Origin: Phoronis australis
Taxonomy: Eukaryota > Animalia > Phoronida
Assembly (NCBI GenBank): GCA_002633005.1
Contig: NMRA01000765.1
Location: forward strand, 101,257-159,240
Length of the DNA: 57,984 nt
Reading direction: 5' to 3'
Position numbers and translations under genes: made by a program. This document shows positions 50,531 through 57,984 of the stretch, piece by piece (the stretch's first letter is position 1; each line of letters begins with the position of its first letter). The notes below the pieces were generated by a model. It did no database searches and had not been told where the DNA came from. It saw nothing but the letters and a program-made list of their open reading frames with translations.

Positions 50531-51990
50531 GTATTGGCTCTCATAAACGCCCCGGGTGCTTAGAAAAATTCATTTCACGGGGAGGGGACACTTATTGTAG
50601 CCTAAGGTAGTTGAAACCCGGTTTCCGAAACGGGTAAAATCGGAAGCTAGAATTCATCTAATTTACGCTCTGTGACGTATTTGTAGCCTATGACAGGTGC
50701 ATTGCTATCAAACTCTGTTGCTAAATTACGATCATTTTTTGAAAAATTGTGCAGGAATCTGGCAGGGCGAAAACTTGCCGACTGATACGTCGCTGAATCG
50801 AGATCGTCGATAGGAAAACTTGAATTCTTGAATAAAAATACAGTTTCGACTCAACAAATTACCTGAAATCTTCCTTATGTTTTACAATTTTTTAAGTTCA
50901 TTTGCAGTCCAGATTAATTGCGATTAAGTCCAAATCTGTGCTACATTGTAACCCACCACACGAGAAAATCTCTGGATGAACACAAGTGTTGTTGTCCCGT
51001 GACCTTTGTTTTGAAGTTCGACTGCGTATGAGAGTGAGTGAGCAAGCGCGTGCGGGTCATCGACGACAGAATTTTTTGTTACAAAAGGCGGAGGATTATG
51101 CAAGAAAATTGTGTTTATTAGATTGTTTTCCACTTGAACGGCTACAACGTGCAAGGCGAGTGGCGGTCAACTCACAGATTTTGAGTGCACATGCCGTCGG
51201 TCGTTAGCTCTACCATCAGCAAAACATTAAAAATCCTAGGCTTGATATACATGTTGGGGACAAGGTGACGAGGTGACAAGGTGACGAGGTGACAAGGTGA
51301 CGAGGTGAACTACCCGGGCTGTGTGAAATTTCTGGGTCTAACCGAGACACTGACAATAGTCAGCCAACTCGCTGTATCAAGACTATCGTCAAAATCCAAA
51401 TTCGTTTTATCGTGTTCCTGTCAATAATAAAGGCATGCTAAAGTTTCTTAATGTTTGTACTTCAGGAACATAACAATCACGTGTTGTGTATACATACGCG
51501 CACGCCGCCCGCTGATCACAACTCGGAAATTTCTGATTAGACGGATGACAATGAATGAGCACAATGAAATTAAACAACGTACAGCTTATCATTTGAAAAT
51601 TGCAATGCATGTGTTCCAAAATCTAAATAAGTTGGGTCCTATATTTTTGTATTTGTGTGCGCCAAATGAAAGTAATCGTGTTGCTGAATTGCTAAATCTC
51701 TTATTCTGGACCGATTTGAAAAATTCAAAGTTTCACCAACATTTTTTTCTCTCCTCTTTTCAAATATTACACTCAAAACTACGTAAAACGCTCTCCAATA
51801 AAAAGTAGAGTCATCTACGCTAGATTTTAATCAGCTGATCGTATCCGCATGAGCGAAGCCAATTATCGTCGCTCGTGACTCGATGAATGGAGCACCTAGG
51901 CGGGATCCATTTATCGTGAGCTAAGTGCGACACAGCCTAGATGGATAAATACGGTCTAGTTGAATTGGCCAAACCCCACAGTTTTCCCTG
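50087..51990. repeat. Interspersed repeat, inverted partner of 34945-36652
   Basis: Reverse-complement similarity over the full length; carries a local (gacaaggtgacgaggt)x3 expansion at 51259-51306. Confidence 0.88.
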
Positions 51991-52509
51991 ATCAGTGGGG
52001 GTTTGACGCCATCTCGTTTAGTGGGAATGTTTAAGGCATGCAGCTTTGCGCAGATATGGGTAAAAACTAACCAAAAAATGTGATACAAATTTAGTGTCTC
52101 AAAAACTACACTCTTCCTCGAGTAAACTAAATTTTTTACCGCTGTGTTGGAAAAATTGGCGTTCAACCATTATTCTGCTGTTAATTATTGTGCAATCTTT
52201 TGCATCCGCTTTCGGCGCCATCAAATATTGCATCACCTATAGATCAGTCGATTCCTCAATCAACTGCAGCTCTTCTTCCACAAAGTTGCATACAAATTAT
52301 TGGAACTAGTTTCATTTCACTACAAGTTTCTAACCGAATTTCAAACCAAAATTTGCTGCTACGAAGCTGTCATCCTCTCCCACGAGATGTCGCAAAAATT
52401 TAGGAAATAGTGCGTGCCCATGTCACAAGCGAACTGCTTTTAAAACGATGACGAACTTTATTTCTTTGTTAAAAAAGGTGCCGAGTTATGCAACAAAATA
52501 ACGTTTATT

Positions 52510-53123
52510 GGATTGTAACTGGCAAGGTGAGTGCCGGTTGACTCCCAGATTTTGCATGCACTCCCGCCGGTCGTTAGCCCTACGTGGGAGCAATACGAAC
52601 ATTATAGTCCTATATGCTCTTCATACGTACGTTTAACGAGGTGATGAGCAGAACTACCAAGGCTGTGTGGAATTTCGGGGTCTAACAAAGCTAAACACAT
52701 AGTGGTACCTAGCAAGCCAGTTAGATGTATGAACACTCATTAAAACCCAAATTCGTTTCAACGTGTTCCTGTCAATAATAACGGCATACTAAAGTTTATT
52801 AATGATTGCTGCATGCCAGAAATGAATCAACAATACTTCCCGCGGTTTTGTATTCAATTGTGCACTCGCACTGAGTCACATCTCTGAAATTTCGGATTTG
52901 ACAGGATGACAATAAATGCGCAAATTTAGACCAAATGATTTCATTTTTGAGCTTATAGTAGCTACTATAAAAATAAACTAACTTGAGTATTACAATGCAT
53001 GTTGTCCAAAATCAAAATACTCCAACAAGTAGGTCAACATCTATACTAAAATCCTAACGCGGCTCCTACTTTTTGTATTCGTGGGTGCCAAATGAAAATA
53101 ATAGGGAGTGTTGTTGCATTGCA
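52510..53123. repeat. Third, diverged partial copy of the same repeat (matches about 51150-51690)
   Basis: ggctgtgtggaatttcggggtctaac and cgtgttcctgtcaataataacggcat shared; runs into the N gap. Confidence 0.75.
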
Positions 53124-53718
53124 NNNNNNNNNNNNNNNNNNNNNNNNNNNNNNNNNNNNNNNNNNNNNNNNNNNNNNNNNNNNNNNNNNNNNNNNNNNNN
53201 NNNNNNNNNNNNNNNNNNNNNNNNNNNNNNNNNNNNNNNNNNNNNNNNNNNNNNNNNNNNNNNNNNNNNNNNNNNNNNNNNNNNNNNNNNNNNNNNNNNN
53301 NNNNNNNNNNNNNNNNNNNNNNNNNNNNNNNNNNNNNNNNNNNNNNNNNNNNNNNNNNNNNNNNNNNNNNNNNNNNNNNNNNNNNNNNNNNNNNNNNNNN
53401 NNNNNNNNNNNNNNNNNNNNNNNNNNNNNNNNNNNNNNNNNNNNNNNNNNNNNNNNNNNNNNNNNNNNNNNNNNNNNNNNNNNNNNNNNNNNNNNNNNNN
53501 NNNNNNNNNNNNNNNNNNNNNNNNNNNNNNNNNNNNNNNNNNNNNNNNNNNNNNNNNNNNNNNNNNNNNNNNNNNNNNNNNNNNNNNNNNNNNNNNNNNN
53601 NNNNNNNNNNNNNNNNNNNNNNNNNNNNNNNNNNNNNNNNNNNNNNNNNNNNNNNNNNNNNNNNNNNNNNNNNNNNNNNNNNNNNNNNNNNNNNNNNNNN
53701 NNNNNNNNNNNNNNNNNN
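53124..53718. other. Assembly gap (595 N)
   Basis: Run of N. Confidence 0.99.
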
Positions 53719-55886
53719 GCAAATTAGCCGACCAGTCGGCTAAAAATTAGCCGACCGCGGTGCTGACTCATAAGGCGACTCCCCAGCCGACCCTTGAGCT
53801 GACTGGCCATCAGCCAACCAGCTGATGGGCTACTATTTTTAGGCTAGAGTAGCAGTTGCGTAACAGGTTGTCAGTCTGATACTGCTTTGCGAGTCGATGC
53901 ACATTGGTCTCAGCACAAGGTCAAATAAATTAACCTAGTTTCACTGTCTCCGTTACATGAGTTCACATCGGTTGTATAACACCACTAACTCGAACGTCTA
54001 GACAAGTGGTAATAGTAAACATTGGATTATGGACAATGCAACAAGTTTTGGATAAAAAATGTGAAAGTTTTCTTTACACTTGATCTTTAATTTGACTCAT
54101 GACGTTAACAAGTTGCATTAGATTGGCTGCTTTCCAGTCAGTACAACGCCGCAGTCATACGCTATTTTTGAGAGTCTTCACCCACAATTGATTTTTGTTT
54201 GTGTAAGGCCAAACTGCATCTTTTTGCGTTTTTAAGTTATCCACGGGTCTCCTATTACACGCTAATGATGATGGGATAGTGAGTGAGTTGTTACACCGCA
54301 AAGAGTTCTCACTTTGGGGATTTTATTTTCATAGTCTTAACCCTTGCAGAACAGACGCGAAATTCACGGTCCAGTATGCCCTAAACCCGCGGACTTCAAT
54401 GGCTCTAACTTTGAAATCATATTGTTACTATTTCCACGAACTTAGATGGTGACATCAAACACGGAATGACCACTGCTGAGTCTACAGCCAATTCTAGCTT
54501 TGCGCATTCCGTTTTCATGCATCGGTGACGTTAAAATCTGGGGTAGTTAAATGTACAATTAAAGGCCCCTATCACTTGGTTGTTTTCACATTGTTCCAAA
54601 AAATATTTTCTGTCAATATGTTGACTAATTATGTAAAATAAAACAAGTTTGAAATGGAATATGTGAATACGTGGAGAAGAGGTATTTTTCTCTACACGGC
54701 ATATGTGCATGAATCTTTGGTAAAGCGATCACGAAAATACATAAAGGTGCAATTTTTGAAAAGCAATTAGCTTCTGGTGATATTTTGATCGTATGATCTG
54801 GTCACCTTAGGTAGTAAGTGACGCTGAATGACACCTGGCAACTACATGTATGGCACGAAAATAAAAATATCATGCCCTTATCACCCCCTCTCCCCGAGTT
54901 TTGCACATTCCAATGAGTCACCACACGAGATATGGTTCAGTTTCAATCCTAAAATCGCAGAATAATTCTTCTGTGCTCAGCTGTAAGACCTACAATTTTT
55001 TGAAACGGTGTTCAATCTTAAAAAAAAATTCCAGTATGAGAGCGCTTTATCAGAAAGGTCAAGCACACGTAGCGTTTAAAGACCATATGACAGCGTTTTT
55101 CCGTTCAGTGACTTTACCAGACGTAGGGGGTTCTGAGCCTGTGATAACCTCTAGCTTCTTTGTTAACTGCCAAGCACACTCTTTTGTCTGTTATGACAAC
55201 AAGCAGGCCAATTATCTACCAGGCTTATTACAGACGTGTGAACATAGTCAAACTCAGAGTGAATTGGGCACGGCGTATTCGTAAAGAATAGATTGTCGTA
55301 ACTTCGGTTGCAGTCGGACGATTTTGCTGATTCAAAAACTAAACACGATAACCATTAGAAGATTTTAGAAATGCTATTGGTTTATGTTCAAATATGTTAC
55401 AACTTAACTTTTATTTTTAACGGTGAGCACAGCCCAGTCAGGCCGATACGATCTTACTGGAGATTAAAGTGCAATTATCAAAACAAAAGAGAGCTGGCTC
55501 TCCAATCATAAATGCCAGAATGGATCAGTCATGTAAGATAATGGCTACAGGGGTAAACTTCCCACCTTGTTGTTGGGCTATACAATTGAACAAGTTGGGA
55601 GCAACGGGAAAACGCCGTAATGCAGAGACGTTGACCGCGTTTCCATATGTCCACAAAAGTGCTTTGAGCAGTGTGTACAAATTTGTTCATTTTGCTTTAA
55701 ATTTCTACACCGACGAATACGACCAACACAGTGATTTAAAAAAGTCCAATTTTGAGGGCATTTTTAAAAATTAATGTTTGGTTTATGCATTCAGCGAGTC
55801 GGTGCCCACGTCATACATCAATTGTGCCCGTGGGCAGAAAACGTATCTGGCGTAAAGAAAGAGATGCGTTTTCAAAACCTTCAGAG

Positions 55887-56066
55887 CATGAGCTCAAGGA
55901 CTACCTGAGAAAGAAAATAAAACTGAATGCAAAACAGGAACTTGTCCAAGGAATATGTAGCTCTTGGAAAACTGTTACCCCGAAGAAATGTGCAAAATAA
56001 GTACGGCATTTACGGAAGGTTGTACCAGAAGTGATTAGTTGCGGTGGAGCTGCCAAACGATATTAA
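55887..56066 (+). pseudogene. Tc1/mariner (IS630-Tc1) transposase C-terminal fragment
   Basis: HELKDYLRKKIKLNAKQELVQGICSSWKTVTPKKCAK*VRHLRKVVPEVISCGGAAKRY*: typical helices after the SPDLNPIE motif, ending in a GG-x-x-x-x-Y tail; one internal stop. Confidence 0.72.
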
Positions 56067-57984
56067 AAACACTGTGCTGTACACTAGTTAGCTGAACGGA
56101 AAGCTGAAGCGGAAAAATCCAGAACACACATTTTCTTTTCAGGAATTGAAATCTCTGTAGAATCAAAAACAATTGGCAACCAGGATTTATCGTCTCAGAA
56201 AACTTATCACGCCAGGAGAGAATTGTTTTCATGCCCGGAGACTACGTGACCACCCATTATGCAATGATGACAATCCAGCGTGTACCCATACATTGGCATC
56301 TATTGTAAAACGTGGATTAGACAAAAGAAATTCAACCGCATTTCCAAGATACTATGTCTGTCATCAGCCAAACGTTGAACGCTTAGCCCTTGTTTATAGT
56401 ACTGACGTTATCACTTTGAAGGATCAATGCTTGGGGATGATGACGTGGTGTCCTGGCGTGAAAAGTTGATGACATGGTAAGTTTTTGAACCTAACTTATT
56501 AAATTTTCCATTCGGTCGTGTTTAATTTTGATCCTGAAGAGAAGATTTTTTTTGTCCTCAAGTGATAAATTATAGGTGCGATGTGATAAATTTTCAGTCT
56601 TGACGTGGGTAATTTTGGTCTTGATTTGTTTTTTTGGTCTTCTGTTTGAAAACAATCTCAATGTATTGGACTGTTTTAATTCCTGCTTAAGTAAAAGTTC
56701 TGGTTTTGAGATATTTATTTTTGGTCCTGGAGAGTAAACATGTTTTGCTTGGTTTTAATCTTGCATAGAAAATACATGTCATTAAATATTTCCACTTTTG
56801 CCTTCCATAAATGTGGGAGAGCAGGTTGTGTAGCATCGTACTATGCAACTTCTTATAAAAATCTAGGTGATTGTGATTTAGTGATACTATGAAAAAGGAG
56901 TAGTTATGACTATGAAAAAATGAGCTGTCATGGCTTCTTTTGAAATACGTATCCTTTGTAGATAACTGGTGTAGATGGCTCAGTGTGATATTATGTAAGC
57001 CTTATTATCCTCTATGGCTTAAAAACTATGTATATTCATTCATGCCTGTAATAGAGGTACTCCCATGATCATCAAGCATTTGTATGTTTTTATTCTAATC
57101 AGGTGTGGTTCGAATGTATAATTAGTAATCATACTCTTGCAGTGGTTCATAACACACGGATTCATTAAACCCAGTAAATAGTTTTTGCAACTGCCGATCT
57201 GGATATTAGGCATGCATATTGCATACCTCATCAGAGTAAAACTTGCCATCAATCATAGTAGAAACAATTATTTTTACCATTGCCACAAGACGTTAACAGA
57301 AGCTATTAGTGTCTGTAACTGTTGTGTGTGTCTCCATTGCTGATGAATAAACGTCGGTCAAAACCAATTTTTATAACATTGATTCATGCCAAAAATCGCA
57401 CCCCCTTAAAGAGTTTTGACTTGCCCTGGTGAATCGATGCAATAAACTTATACAAGTTGTTTCTTAACCTGACAGAACTGAAAATCGTGTGCATTTTCAT
57501 TTGCGAGAGTTTTCTTTTGGAATCACTGGGTTAATCGTTATTACGCTCTACATGAAAACAGACTACCTTCTTTATGATTGCATGTACCAAGATACCCAGA
57601 AAATATTGTTTTCAAAGTTTTACCCCTTGGAGTACATGCGAAATGCCAATTATTGTGTTCTTACCCCAAAGAGCTCGGAAGGCTCTAGCCTTGGTGCGAA
57701 GCTGTTCACTAAATTAAATACAACTTTGCGTCGTTGTAGGTAAAATTGACCGAATAATATCTTCTTGAATAATCTAAATTATTTACCTGCGTTGCAAAAA
57801 TTCGTTTTCTACAATTATTCTGCTGCTAAAATTGAGGTGTGATATTTTGAGTCGACTTTCCGCGCAATAAAATATTGCGTCACCTATTAACTAGTTCCTT
57901 TTTCCCAGATTCTTCAATCAAAGATTCTCCCTCGAGGTTGCATAAACATCACAACAAATGATCAGAATTGGTTCCACTTCATTA

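Noticed and set aside
53066-53750. Long ORFs of 211-225 aa (also those across 45577-46046)
   Set aside because: Artefacts of translating N gaps.
54559-57410. TTAA-aggcccc start (54559) and cccc-TTAA end (~57405) as one Kolobok element
   Set aside because: The two ends are not inverted repeats of each other; partners not found.
49190-57984. Further upstream TIG exons of the gene
   Set aside because: No GGT-x-x-TI-x-G-x-GF-like exon with suitable splice sites found; likely in the gap or beyond the window.

Overview
Eukaryotic (animal, AT-rich, probably invertebrate bilaterian) draft-assembly DNA with two N gaps (45782-46005, 53124-53718) and one lone N (14294). The window holds an internal part of one large minus-strand gene for a fibrocystin-L/PKHD1L1-like protein: last TIG domain, G8 domain 1, parallel beta-helix, G8 domain 2, second beta-helix. 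I read 13 exons with GT-AG boundaries (about 1,210 codons). Start and stop lie outside the window or in gaps. Two expected coding blocks are absent: about 50 aa probably in the 45.8-kb gap, and roughly 200 aa between 18756 and 13933. Introns are packed with DNA-transposon debris: three Helentron/DINE-1-like non-autonomous elements whose cores are phased arrays of CTCF-consensus-like motifs, several TTAA-flanked Kolobok-type elements with THAP relics, a fossil transposase fused to a FEN1/XPG-like nuclease, a Tc1/mariner fragment, MITEs and palindromes, a tRNA-carrying repeat and long inverted repeat pairs. Most ORFs in the supplied track are spurious. All family assignments come from recalled motifs, not from database searches.
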